From the NCBI GenBank assembly GCA_903851045.1, contig CAINNF010000009.1:6525-70524 (forward strand): a stretch of 64,000 nt of DNA, written 5' to 3'. The DNA comes from Candidatus Adlerbacteria bacterium (GTDB taxonomy: Bacteria > Patescibacteriota > Minisyncoccia > Phycocordibacterales > SBAW01). How positions within the stretch are numbered: the stretch's first letter is position 1; each line of letters begins with the position of its first letter. The translations under genes were made by a program, and so were the position numbers. This document shows, piece after piece, positions 51,292 through 59,908 of the stretch. The notes beneath the pieces were generated by a model. It searched no databases, was not told where the DNA came from, and saw nothing but the letters and a program-made list of their open reading frames with translations.

Positions 51292-51792
51292 ATGCACAGC
51301 ACTTGCGTCAGCATAATCGCCGCACTCGGGAAAGACCGCGCCATCGGCAAGAACAACCGCCTTTTGTGGCATATCCCGAGCGACCTCAAGCGATTTAAGA
51401 CACTCACGCTTGGGCACCCGGTCATTATGGGACGCACCACGTTCGACTCGATCGTCGCTCAGCTCGGCAAGCCGCTCCCCGGACGCACCAACATAGTCCT
51501 CACGAGAGATACGACCTGGCAGTACGAGGGTGCCACGGCCTGTCACTCGATCGAAGAAGCCCTCGCCAAAGCGGAGGAAGTCGACCACGAAGAGGTGTTC
51601 ATTATCGGCGGCGCACAAATCTACGCGCAAGCACTCCCCTTCGCCAACCGGCTCTATCTCACCCTCGTCGAGAGCGATACCGAGGGCGACACATTTTTCC
51701 CTGAGTACGAAAATCTATTTATCAAAAAAGTATCCGAGGAATCGCACGAGGATGAGCCTATCCCCTATCGTTTTGTGACACGAGAGAAATAA
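51292..51792 (+). CDS. folA: Dihydrofolate reductase
   Basis: 'SIIAALGKDRAIGKNNRLLWHIPSDLKRFKTLTLGHPVIMGRTTFDSI', 'IIGGAQIYAQALP'. Confidence 0.85.
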   Translation: MHSTCVSIIAALGKDRAIGKNNRLLWHIPSDLKRFKTLTLGHPVIMGRTTFDSIVAQLGKPLPGRTNIVLTRDTTWQYEGATACHSIEEALAKAEEVDHEEVFIIGGAQIYAQALPFANRLYLTLVESDTEGDTFFPEYENLFIKKVSEESHEDEPIPYRFVTREK

Positions 51793-52362
51793 CTATCGCA
51801 CCTCCAACTTCAAAAAACTACGAAAAAGCTCGTCACCAAATGTTTGCTCAAGCATCTTTTCGGGATGAAATTGGAACCCATAGATAGGGCGGCTTCGGTG
51901 TCGTATCACCTCTGGACCATGTATCGAGCGAGCGAGGATTTGTAAATCGGGCGGCACCGTGTCTATGGCCCAGCGGTGGGCGTCGTACACTTCGAATTGT
52001 CTTCGTCCTAAAAAGAGTGGGTTGTCCGCTACCACTTCGACTTCGACACTGTCGCGCTTTTGGCTCCCCTCCCCTCTATCTCGCAGACTCCCACCAAACG
52101 CGACCGCGATCAACTCACAGCCGTAACAAATCCCCAAGACGGGGATGTTGCTCGTCTGGATGAGTGCAATTTCATCCTTAAGCTTCTCGCGATTATAGAC
52201 AACGGGGAATTGGCTACTTCCCGACAGCACAAGTACATCAAAATCATCTGTGCACAGCTTTGCGATGTCTGCATACCCGACCACCTCGCACGAAGCCCCG
52301 TCGAGCAGCGACAGGATCTTGTCTGGACTTGATGCACCATTGTTTATGATGGCAGCGCGCAT
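51793..52362 (-). CDS. Class I glutamine amidotransferase-like protein (stand-alone GATase1)
   Basis: 'VLGICYGCELI' (nucleophile Cys) and 'FQFHPE' (His/Glu). The ATG at 52362 is preferred; the ORF track extends to 52440. Confidence 0.65.
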   Translation of the reverse strand: MRAAIINNGASSPDKILSLLDGASCEVVGYADIAKLCTDDFDVLVLSGSSQFPVVYNREKLKDEIALIQTSNIPVLGICYGCELIAVAFGGSLRDRGEGSQKRDSVEVEVVADNPLFLGRRQFEVYDAHRWAIDTVPPDLQILARSIHGPEVIRHRSRPIYGFQFHPEKMLEQTFGDELFRSFLKLEVR

Positions 52363-52372
52363 ATAGTCATAT

Positions 52373-53275
52373 TTACAACAACCCGCCCTCAAGTAGACGA
52401 AATTCTTTGTTGGTCTCCCAGATATGTTTGAGCTCGTCAAAGTTGTCGTCTGGTTTTTGCATCAACTGAGCGAGGTGGTCGATTTGTTCCAGCTCAGTCG
52501 AAGTAAGTTTTTCAAATACTTCAGGGAGAGCGCAGTGCGGATGGTGCGGATAGATACACTCGTTGTTCATGATGCAGTGGAAGTCGTAGAACAGCGACCA
52601 CAGTATCACGATCGTGCCGCGAATGGGCAACGCGTTCCAAAAACGCTGCGGGTCGTCTGTGCCAGCACGAATCGCGAGCCATGCGTCCGCAGGGAAATCG
52701 AAGACGCCCTCGGGCATGTCATATGGGTCAAAGTCGGCATCAAGACTCAAACTCCCGTCCACGTCGATAGTCACCCAGCGACTCTCCTTCGCGTGCCAAT
52801 ACTGCGCTATCCAGTGGTCGGCACTCACCTTACCCACTTCGCCCATATCGAAATAGGGCGCGTTGCCCGAGCGGACTCGCGCAGGAATTCCTTTCGATTT
52901 TAAAATACTCGCCACCATCACATGGACAAATCGGCACGTGAGCACAAGCTTGTCCTCTGGCTTGCGGTCATGCACCAACCCGCGCTGGTCGCGCCGATAC
53001 AGCTCGGCGAACATCGCCGCAGCGGTCACCAAAATGTCGTCCTCTGGTTGGCGCCACCACGGGACACGGGTCATATCGCCAAACCGCAGATCAGCATTCG
53101 ATCCCACATTCCCCTCAGCGAGCGTGGTGCGATGGATCACGTTTTGGCGCATCAACAACCCCAACTCCCGAACATCGTCCGGTAGGTCGCGCACCAGGAG
53201 GTCTTGATAGAGTCCCGGGTAGGTGTAGGTACTGAACGCGAGACAGTGTTGTAACATAGCATCGTCCATGCGCAC
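52373..53275 (-). CDS. Transglutaminase-like superfamily protein (Cys-His-Asp core)
   Basis: 'LTCRFVHVMVASILKSKGIPARV' then 'HWIAQYWHAKESRWVTIDVD'. Confidence 0.55.
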   Translation of the reverse strand: MRMDDAMLQHCLAFSTYTYPGLYQDLLVRDLPDDVRELGLLMRQNVIHRTTLAEGNVGSNADLRFGDMTRVPWWRQPEDDILVTAAAMFAELYRRDQRGLVHDRKPEDKLVLTCRFVHVMVASILKSKGIPARVRSGNAPYFDMGEVGKVSADHWIAQYWHAKESRWVTIDVDGSLSLDADFDPYDMPEGVFDFPADAWLAIRAGTDDPQRFWNALPIRGTIVILWSLFYDFHCIMNNECIYPHHPHCALPEVFEKLTSTELEQIDHLAQLMQKPDDNFDELKHIWETNKEFRLLEGGLL

Positions 53276-53376
53276 ATAGTACTATGCCTGCCCAACCACA
53301 CAAACATAGGTCATGTGTGATATGTGGTAGAAAAATAAATCCCCCGCCCCGGTAGTACCGAGAGCGGAGGATATCG

Positions 53377-53637
53377 TCAGGCTGCCTGCTTGTTTTTGGG
53401 AAACGGTATTATCTGTGCCCCGGTGACCCGGCCGGCCGCATCCACAACTTCATCCACAGCTGTTGCTGGCACAAGATAAGAAGGCGGCTGCAACGTTCCT
53501 CTAGAAGCAGCAATCGCATCAACATTCGCTGCATACCATGCCGCATATGAGGTATATCTTTTTTCTTCCACACCTAATCTCCGTTCGAGATGAACACGCG
53601 TTTTCAGCGCAAGCACGCGATAATGGTTATATACCAC
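53377..53637 (-). CDS. Hypothetical small protein (weak call)
   Basis: An 86-aa ORF between a terminator and the transglutaminase-like gene. Confidence 0.3.
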   Translation of the reverse strand: MVYNHYRVLALKTRVHLERRLGVEEKRYTSYAAWYAANVDAIAASRGTLQPPSYLVPATAVDEVVDAAGRVTGAQIIPFPKNKQAA

Positions 53638-53655
53638 GGTACGGACAAAAATACA

Positions 53656-53679
53656 AAACGCCGCGAGTGCGGCGTTTTG
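53656..53679. terminator. Bidirectional intrinsic terminator after rplK
   Basis: aaaa-cgccgc-gagt-gcggcg-tttt. Confidence 0.7.
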
Positions 53680-53711
53680 TTAGAAAAAATAAAACAGTTC
53701 GATTTATTTAA

Positions 53712-54134
53712 TTATTTTATATCAACCCCCATCGAGCGGGCGGTGCCAGCAATAATCTGCATGGCGCCTTCGACATCCTTTGCGTTGAGGTCGGACATCT
53801 TCTTCTCGGCGATCTCTTTGAGCTGTGCCTTTGTTATCGAACCAACCTTCGCGGTGTTCGGCTTGCCGGAACCCTTCTCCTTGCCGATCGCCTTCATGAT
53901 GAGGCCGGATGCTGGAGGGGTCTTGAGCACGAAGTCGTAGGAGCGGTCGTCGTAGATCGTGATGATACACGGGACGAGGTTGCCGATCATCGGCTGGGTC
54001 GCGTCGTTGAACTTCTTGACGAACTCGCCGATGTTGATACCAGCGGGGCCGAGCGTGGTACCCAGCGGAGGCGCGGGAGTAGCTTTGCCTGCCGGTGCGA
54101 TGATCTTGATTTTCTTTGTTATTTTCTTTGCCAT
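53712..54134 (-). CDS. rplK: 50S ribosomal protein L11
   Basis: '[35 protein letters not shown]...' The ATG at 54134 is preferred; the ORF track extends to 54158. Confidence 0.9.
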   Translation of the reverse strand: MAKKITKKIKIIAPAGKATPAPPLGTTLGPAGINIGEFVKKFNDATQPMIGNLVPCIITIYDDRSYDFVLKTPPASGLIMKAIGKEKGSGKPNTAKVGSITKAQLKEIAEKKMSDLNAKDVEGAMQIIAGTARSMGVDIK

Positions 54135-54314
54135 GTGATTTTGATTGTTGGTGACCAAGTGCCTTTGGAGACCGTCCCCATGATGGCCTGCAGTGTCTCC
54201 GAAGGCACTTGGTCACCTTGGAGTATGCGGGAGCGGGTCTCTTCTAGACGCTGCAGGACATTGAGGGGACGGTCTAGAAGAGACCCTCTCCTGCCCTGTG
54301 CGGCAGATAGTACC
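54135..54314 (-). promoter_or_regulatory. Structured rplK mRNA leader (two long hairpins), a candidate r-protein autoregulatory leader
   Basis: A 23-nt inverted repeat ggtgaccaagtgcctttggagac / gtctccgaaggcacttggtcacc, and a 15-nt inverted repeat gggtctcttctagac / gtctagaagagaccc, both lying between nusG and rplK. Confidence 0.5.
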
Positions 54315-54866
54315 TTATATTCTCTTGATTTGCAAAAAGTCGAGCTCGACCGGGGTCTCGCGACCGAACATCGACACAAGCACCTTCACCTTACCGCGAG
54401 CCTCGTCGACCTCGCCAACCTTGCCGTCGAGGTCCTTGAACGGACCATCAACGATAACGACCGCGTCACCGACCCCAAGGTCGATAGCGTGTTTGACCGA
54501 ACCCTCAGCCTCCTGCATACGCCCAAGGAGCGTATCCACCTCGTGCTGTTGGAGCGGGACCGGGTTCACACCACTACCAACGAAGCCTGTCACGCGCGGC
54601 GTATTGCGCACCACGTACCACGACTGGTCGTCCACGAGCATGTCGACGAGCACGTAGCCAGGGTAGACCTTCTCTTCCTCTTCGACACGACGGCCGCCTT
54701 TGATCTTTACCGTATGTTCGGTCGGCACGATGACGTTGAATATCTTGTCTTGGAGTCCGAGCGATTCGATACGCTGGCGCAGATTGCGCGCGACCGCGTT
54801 CTCGTACCCCGCGTACGTATGGATCGCGTACCACGCCCTGCCGACACTTGAGTCTTGTTTAGCCAT
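54315..54866 (-). CDS. nusG: Transcription termination/antitermination factor NusG
   Basis: NGN domain 'WYAIHTYAGYENAV' and a KOW domain 'GDAVVIVDGPFKDLDGKV'. Confidence 0.9.
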   Translation of the reverse strand: MAKQDSSVGRAWYAIHTYAGYENAVARNLRQRIESLGLQDKIFNVIVPTEHTVKIKGGRRVEEEEKVYPGYVLVDMLVDDQSWYVVRNTPRVTGFVGSGVNPVPLQQHEVDTLLGRMQEAEGSVKHAIDLGVGDAVVIVDGPFKDLDGKVGEVDEARGKVKVLVSMFGRETPVELDFLQIKRI

Positions 54867-54930
54867 GTGATTTTGTCGAAATCATGCCGCGTAATCGTCC
54901 TTTAGACGCGGCCTTCTTTCTACATTATTG

Positions 54931-55101
54931 TTAAATAATTTTCTGGATAATCGCCGAAAATACATAATCCCATAACCCGAGGTAGAGCGCGGTCGCGATG
55001 GACACACCAATCACCACAGCCGTATAAGCTATGGTCTGGTGACGAGACGGCCATGATACATGGCGCATCTCAGAACGAACGTCTTTTAGATATTGCATCA
55101 T
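54931..55101 (-). CDS. secE: Preprotein translocase subunit SecE (below the 60-aa cutoff of the ORF track)
   Basis: A 56-aa ORF 'MMQYLKDVRSEMRHVSWPSRHQTIAYTAVVIGVSIATALYLGLWDYVFSAIIQKII', found by reading the sequence. It shows a SecE pattern (VxWP-x-R, one TM helix) and lies upstream of nusG. Confidence 0.7.
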   Translation of the reverse strand: MMQYLKDVRSEMRHVSWPSRHQTIAYTAVVIGVSIATALYLGLWDYVFSAIIQKII

Positions 55102-55134
55102 ACGTTTTTTGTTGCTGCCAAAAAAGGCAATTTT

Positions 55135-55153
55135 AAAAGCCCCGGGGGGCTTT
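55135..55153. terminator. Bidirectional intrinsic terminator
   Basis: aaaa-gcccc-gg-ggggc-ttt. Confidence 0.55.
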
Positions 55154-55202
55154 ATACCCCACTATACTACCCGAGCTTCGTCTATAAGTCAACAGCACAC
55201 CC

Positions 55203-56036
55203 CTACCGTATCTCGTAGGTAATGGAAACGTCGTCTTGGACCTTGTTTTGACCGGTCGAAATTTCGGGAGCTGCGGCAGCCTTGGAGTCCATTGCCGCAG
55301 TAGCCATGCCGTACGCCATAGGCATCACATACCCAGAACTATTCTCATTAAATGAGGTGACACGCACCAGACTCACCCCGAGAGAGTCGGCGAGCTTCTG
55401 AGCCTTTTGCTTCGCATCCGCTATGGCTTTGTCGCGCACCTGTTGCTGCACGCCCGTCGGGTCGTCGAACGTAAAGTTGAGACTGCTGACCTCGGTCGCC
55501 CCTTTCGTCCCGACACCAGCAAGCAAATCTCCCGCTTTCGACGTGTCGTGCACTTTCACGGTCGTCGTCTGACGCACCTCGTATCCCTTGAGCACTTGGC
55601 GTCCTGGCGGACAATAGACCGCATCGGGGGTGTTGGTCCCAGCAGATACAGGAGTGGCCACCGGGCACACCGCCGTCTGGTACTCGTATCGTGGCGACAC
55701 GGAGTAGTCGGTGGTCTGCATATCCCTATCGGCGATCCCCTGTGCCTTGAGATAGTCGGTGACCGCGTTCGCTTGTGCGGTCGCATCAGTTTGTGCGGCT
55801 GCTACGGTCGCCTTATCGGACACGACCGAGAACGTGAAGGTAGCGACATCCGGCTTCGCCAACAACTCTCCATGCCCCGAGACGGTGACGGTGTTGGTCG
55901 CTGCCACCCCTGCCCCGATGTATCGCATGCCCTCTACACTCACGAGCGATTGGACCGCTAAATAGACCCCGAGCAGCACCGCGACCGTGAGTAGTGCTTT
56001 GCGCAGTCGCTCACCTGTCGTACCGTCAAATGGCAT
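55203..56036 (-). CDS. SIMPL-domain (DUF541) periplasmic or surface protein
   Basis: An N-terminal anchor, then 'VTVSGHGELLAKPDVATFTFSV' and a C-terminal 'DSLGVSLVRVTSFNE'. Confidence 0.75.
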   Translation of the reverse strand: MPFDGTTGERLRKALLTVAVLLGVYLAVQSLVSVEGMRYIGAGVAATNTVTVSGHGELLAKPDVATFTFSVVSDKATVAAAQTDATAQANAVTDYLKAQGIADRDMQTTDYSVSPRYEYQTAVCPVATPVSAGTNTPDAVYCPPGRQVLKGYEVRQTTTVKVHDTSKAGDLLAGVGTKGATEVSSLNFTFDDPTGVQQQVRDKAIADAKQKAQKLADSLGVSLVRVTSFNENSSGYVMPMAYGMATAAMDSKAAAAPEISTGQNKVQDDVSITYEIR

Positions 56037-56060
56037 ATAGGTTATTTGATTTGTTGTTAA

Positions 56061-56771
56061 TTACTTGATCGAATTGATCGACTGTGTGATCTGCGCTTCA
56101 GGTAACGCACCGGAGACCGAGACCATTTTGCCGGTCTTGGTGTTCACGATGACGGTAAAAGGAGTGCCGTTGCCTCCATTGCTTTGTGCCTCGTTGGAGT
56201 CGGCGTCTATAAGACCCTTATACTGCTGCGACGATACGCAGGTGGCGAACTTCGTCGGGTCGGCTCCAAGTTTTGCCGCGATCTGGGCCGAATACGCCGG
56301 ACTCAATTGTGACTGGTTGGCGAACACAGCGTCCGCGTACTTCCAATAGGCGTCATTCCCCAGTTCGGCCGCTATACACTCTGCCGCATCCGCTGCAGGC
56401 TCCGCATTGGGGTGGATGGTCGTGAGCGGCATCTCGCGCTGCACAAAGGCTATCTGACCATTCGAGTTAGCGACAATTTTTTTGAGCGTCGGATAGATCA
56501 TGGAACAGAACGGGCACTGGAAGTCCGAGTACTCGACGAGGACTATCGGTGCGGTTGGCGAGCCGATGATATGGTCGGTGGTGGACGGCGGACGAATGGA
56601 TAGTTTGGTCGTTGGCGTCGGAGCACCCGCAGCCGCAGCCGCAGCGCCAGCGACCTGCGGTGCCGGATGCATGTTCACGAAGATGATAGCACCGGCGATA
56701 AGTAAGCCCGCTATGATAATCGAGATCGAGGGAGAAAGCTCGAACTTTTTGGTTGGCAAATTTTCTGGCAT
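56061..56771 (-). CDS. DsbA-like thiol:disulfide oxidoreductase (thioredoxin fold), membrane-anchored
   Basis: N-terminal TM, Ala-rich linker, and the active site 'FQCPFCS'. Confidence 0.8.
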   Translation of the reverse strand: MPENLPTKKFELSPSISIIIAGLLIAGAIIFVNMHPAPQVAGAAAAAAGAPTPTTKLSIRPPSTTDHIIGSPTAPIVLVEYSDFQCPFCSMIYPTLKKIVANSNGQIAFVQREMPLTTIHPNAEPAADAAECIAAELGNDAYWKYADAVFANQSQLSPAYSAQIAAKLGADPTKFATCVSSQQYKGLIDADSNEAQSNGGNGTPFTVIVNTKTGKMVSVSGALPEAQITQSINSIK

Positions 56772-56789
56772 ATATTCAACGATAGCTCA

Positions 56790-57284
56790 CTATGAGTGCT
56801 TTTGCAATTTCTCGATATCGGCCATAAGTCGCTCAAGGCCGGCATGAATCTCCTTTAGCGTCCTCTCCTGCCCCGCCTGCTTCGCCTCCTCTTCTTTATC
56901 CTCCTCGGTCATCTCCTCGACATCCTCTTGGAGCTCATCGACGTCTTCCTGGATCTCGTCAACGTCCTCTTGGATCTCATCCACGTCCTCCTGGATCTCG
57001 TCGATATCCTCCTGGATCTCGTCGATGTTCTGCCCCACCTCCTCGATGGTCGCGCTTGTAAGGTTGATGGTCATCTGGATAAAGATGGAGAGATAGATAG
57101 CTTCAAGCGACACCACCGTCGTTAGTACCAACAACATCCGATCGAACGGCAAGATCCCAAGCCACACCGCACTAAAGCTCGCAAGAAAAATGAACGTATG
57201 TAGCACGATGGACGGCAGTGACCCGACCCACCGGGTCACCCCCAGCGCAAATCGCTCCACCCCCTGCTTCGGCCGCTGTACCAT
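56790..57284 (-). CDS. DUF1003-like membrane protein with C-terminal acidic heptad repeats
   Basis: Two TM helices, then '(D/E)xDEIQED' repeated five times. Confidence 0.55.
   Translation of the reverse strand: MVQRPKQGVERFALGVTRWVGSLPSIVLHTFIFLASFSAVWLGILPFDRMLLVLTTVVSLEAIYLSIFIQMTINLTSATIEEVGQNIDEIQEDIDEIQEDVDEIQEDVDEIQEDVDELQEDVEEMTEEDKEEEAKQAGQERTLKEIHAGLERLMADIEKLQKHS
56918..57022. repeat. Five tandem 21-bp repeats inside the CDS, encoding the DxDEIQE heptads
   Basis: gacrtcytcytggakctcrtc repeated five times. The units are in frame. Confidence 0.8.
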
Positions 57285-57447
57285 ATACCCCCTATTGTAT
57301 ACCTAAAACATACAATACCCCCTTGTCCGCACAGTACCGAAACAAGGAGTATACAGAGACCAACCTCACCAACGCTTTATTGACATTTATATAAGAACAT
57401 GTTTTACTGGCTTGCAGTAGCCCTTAAAAAACAGGAACAGGGTCATC

Positions 57448-58173
57448 ATGGAAGCCTTCCTTGGGATGTTTATGGTGGAAGTTTTGTTTTGCGTAATCGT
57501 CCTATATTTGATGAGGAATGTGCCTCTGGCGAAAGTCAGAGCATTCATCCACCGCATCACGGAGCCATGGGAATGGTTGTGTGTGTTCGGGACCGCCGGA
57601 GCCCTAGCCTGCCTCGTCACACACCCAGGCACCAGCAAGTGGTTCTGTCTCGTTGGTGGCATTATATTCTGGCTGCCACCATTCTGTATCATACCGTACA
57701 TCATAATTGCCTTCGCGATACCAATGTTGTGCCACGCAATGACTGCCGACATGTCTGCCGAACGAATCCGTGTGATGGATATGAAGACGTACGCACCCAT
57801 CGTTGGGTGGGCACTGTACGTCTCCATCCTCGCTGGCAGGATGTGGCTGGAACCAAGTGCAACAACATTCGCGGAAGTCTATGCCTTCCGTATGAACGAG
57901 ATCCAGCAACTCGGCGCACTGGATATTGGTCCAACAACCCTCACCTTTGTCCTTGAGCCGTTCTCGATTGGCTTATGGACGGTGGGTCCTCTCGACTTCG
58001 GGAGTTTCCGTTTCGACGGGCTTCATGTCCCAGCGGACACAATGCAGGCGATGGCGGTCATCGCTTACGCGATGATTATCCTGATTCCACCCTTCCCACT
58101 TTTTTTCTGGACACGGCAACGCCGCAAGACACAGCCGTATCTTGAAACCAAAGAAGTGGAGTGTGTGGATTAA
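57448..58173 (+). CDS. Polytopic membrane protein, hypothetical (lower-GC segment)
   Basis: 241 aa with six or seven hydrophobic helices. Confidence 0.5.
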   Translation: MEAFLGMFMVEVLFCVIVLYLMRNVPLAKVRAFIHRITEPWEWLCVFGTAGALACLVTHPGTSKWFCLVGGIIFWLPPFCIIPYIIIAFAIPMLCHAMTADMSAERIRVMDMKTYAPIVGWALYVSILAGRMWLEPSATTFAEVYAFRMNEIQQLGALDIGPTTLTFVLEPFSIGLWTVGPLDFGSFRFDGLHVPADTMQAMAVIAYAMIILIPPFPLFFWTRQRRKTQPYLETKEVECVD

Positions 58174-58353
58174 GCTTGGGAAATTGTGCAGGTTCGTGTA
58201 AGTTGCCTCGGGTCGCCGAATCCTCTAGGATTCGGCGACCTTTTTACTTTCAACACAACTTAAAGGCCGTTGTGGACGACATTCGAACTATTTTTGAGCG
58301 GCCAGATGATGCGACTATCTAGAACACGAGTTTCTACCCTACCCCCGAACACA

Positions 58354-59346
58354 CTATTCCAACAGAGACTTGTGTTGAGCAAGATACGTGTGAAAGTTCT
58401 CGATGACCTGCGTTCTGTTTTTTTGATGTTGATAGGGAAGTTTATATACCATGTTCACAAAAATCGCCGCGTGAAGTACTTGTTCGTCAACGTGTCCTTC
58501 GTCTCCATAGCCTGCAAGCAGCTTTTGAGGGAATGTGCCGGAGTGAGCAATATAGTTTACGAGCGTTTTACCAAGGTCAATATACCCATGATTGAAGAAT
58601 GGGTTCGGGTCAAAGACTGTTGGCGGTTCAGTGGCAAAGAGGTGGCCGGTGCTGTAATCGAAGTGGCAATAACTACTCGTATCACTATCTCCTATATAGT
58701 CGATAAGGACTTTCTTCGCTGTAGCATATGAACCATGTTCTTCATCATGCAACACACCATGCTCTTGGATATACTCCTCTCGCTTCTTCATGTCCGCAGA
58801 GTTGAGCCACTGGTCGAATGACTCATACTCACCTCTTCCCTCTACAACGAGTCCAAAACCAGTTGCTTCTGGTTTGTGCATGTTTCGCAGTATTGTACCC
58901 GCCTCAAAATATACTTGTTCCATCTTTGCAGGGTCGTTTCCATACTTCTCCCCAACCAGTGGCGCATCTATAAACTGCATGAGGACAAATGGACGTTCAG
59001 CGATCCTACCTTCCTTAAAAACATGCGGGACACGGACATTCCCCGCCTCCCATGTTTTCAAGAATAATGCCTCACTACCTTCAGGCACTGTAGTGCCCAG
59101 CGGTATTTTTAAAACATATTTTTCTTCCTGAACCTCGACAAAGGCAACCAATGAAGAAATTCCTTCTTTTGAGAACGTAACCGAGACTTCCCTACCAGCA
59201 AACAATTCGTCAGTCGCCAAAAACTGCTCGAGGCGAGGAACAAGAGCCAATCGTAACGCATCATGCTCTTGGTCGACTGCATCTCCTGTAAGCTTGGGCT
59301 GATTTTTGAAAGTTACCATTGAGGCCTGAGTAGATACACCTTCCAT
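58354..59346 (-). CDS. Aminoglycoside/choline-kinase-family phosphotransferase (APH-like kinase)
   Basis: Catalytic 'CHFDYSTGHLFA' (HxD...) and an APH-fold length of 330 aa. The local GC is about 40-45%. Confidence 0.65.
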   Translation of the reverse strand: MEGVSTQASMVTFKNQPKLTGDAVDQEHDALRLALVPRLEQFLATDELFAGREVSVTFSKEGISSLVAFVEVQEEKYVLKIPLGTTVPEGSEALFLKTWEAGNVRVPHVFKEGRIAERPFVLMQFIDAPLVGEKYGNDPAKMEQVYFEAGTILRNMHKPEATGFGLVVEGRGEYESFDQWLNSADMKKREEYIQEHGVLHDEEHGSYATAKKVLIDYIGDSDTSSYCHFDYSTGHLFATEPPTVFDPNPFFNHGYIDLGKTLVNYIAHSGTFPQKLLAGYGDEGHVDEQVLHAAIFVNMVYKLPYQHQKNRTQVIENFHTYLAQHKSLLE

Positions 59347-59464
59347 TGCACAAGCATATCATTGCTTCTTATGTTTGGGTGCACCCAACGGGCACACGCC
59401 AAAAATATAGTCGCTTGGGTGCACTGCTCGCAGAGCCTCCCAGCACACTCCAAATGGCAGCAAC

Positions 59465-59494
59465 AAAAAAGTCTTCCTTTCGGAAGACTTTTTT
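59465..59494. terminator. Bidirectional intrinsic terminator downstream of tRNA-His
   Basis: aaaaaa-gtcttcc-tttc-ggaagac-tttttt. Confidence 0.75.
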
Positions 59495-59504
59495 GCTGGC
59501 CATT

Positions 59505-59579
59505 TGGGTGCCTACTGGGAATCGAACCCAGATTGCGAGTTCCACAAACTCGAGTGTTAACCTTTACACCATAGGCACC
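59505..59579 (-). tRNA. tRNA-His (anticodon GUG) with an encoded G-1. The CCA is not fully encoded.
   Basis: Reverse complement GGUGCCUAUGGUGUAAAGGUUAACACUCGAGUUUGUGGAACUCGCAAUCUGGGUUCGAUUCCCAGUAGGCACCCA. It folds as a cloverleaf with the anticodon loop UUGUGGA and an 8-bp acceptor (G-1:C73). Confidence 0.85.
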
Positions 59580-59908
59580 ATGTCACGCGCGGGGCACCAT
59601 GTCCTGCATGGCGCGAAGGCGTAGAACAGTTATAACAGAATTGCCGCGACCCAGCCAGGGGTTGGTCGCCTGAGAGCCGGACTTGGTTTGGGATAAGAGG
59701 GGTGTGCTGAGCCGACGAAAGGGCAAAAACGCACTATGGCAGCCCCACACATCAACGAAGGAGTTGACCAAATTGGTATTATACCAGCATCAATTGAATT
59801 CTGTCAATACATACTTATTTACATTCCATGGACTTCTGGTATTGTTGCGACGTAACTGAAGTCGTTCGGTTACGATTATTTAATTTAATAAGTTAACCAA
59901 GGAGACAT

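Noticed and set aside
56918-57022. Whether the 21-bp direct repeats form a CRISPR array
   Set aside because: The repeats are contiguous with no spacers and are in frame inside a CDS, where they encode heptad repeats. No cas genes lie nearby. No CRISPR-like repeat-spacer array was seen anywhere in the window.
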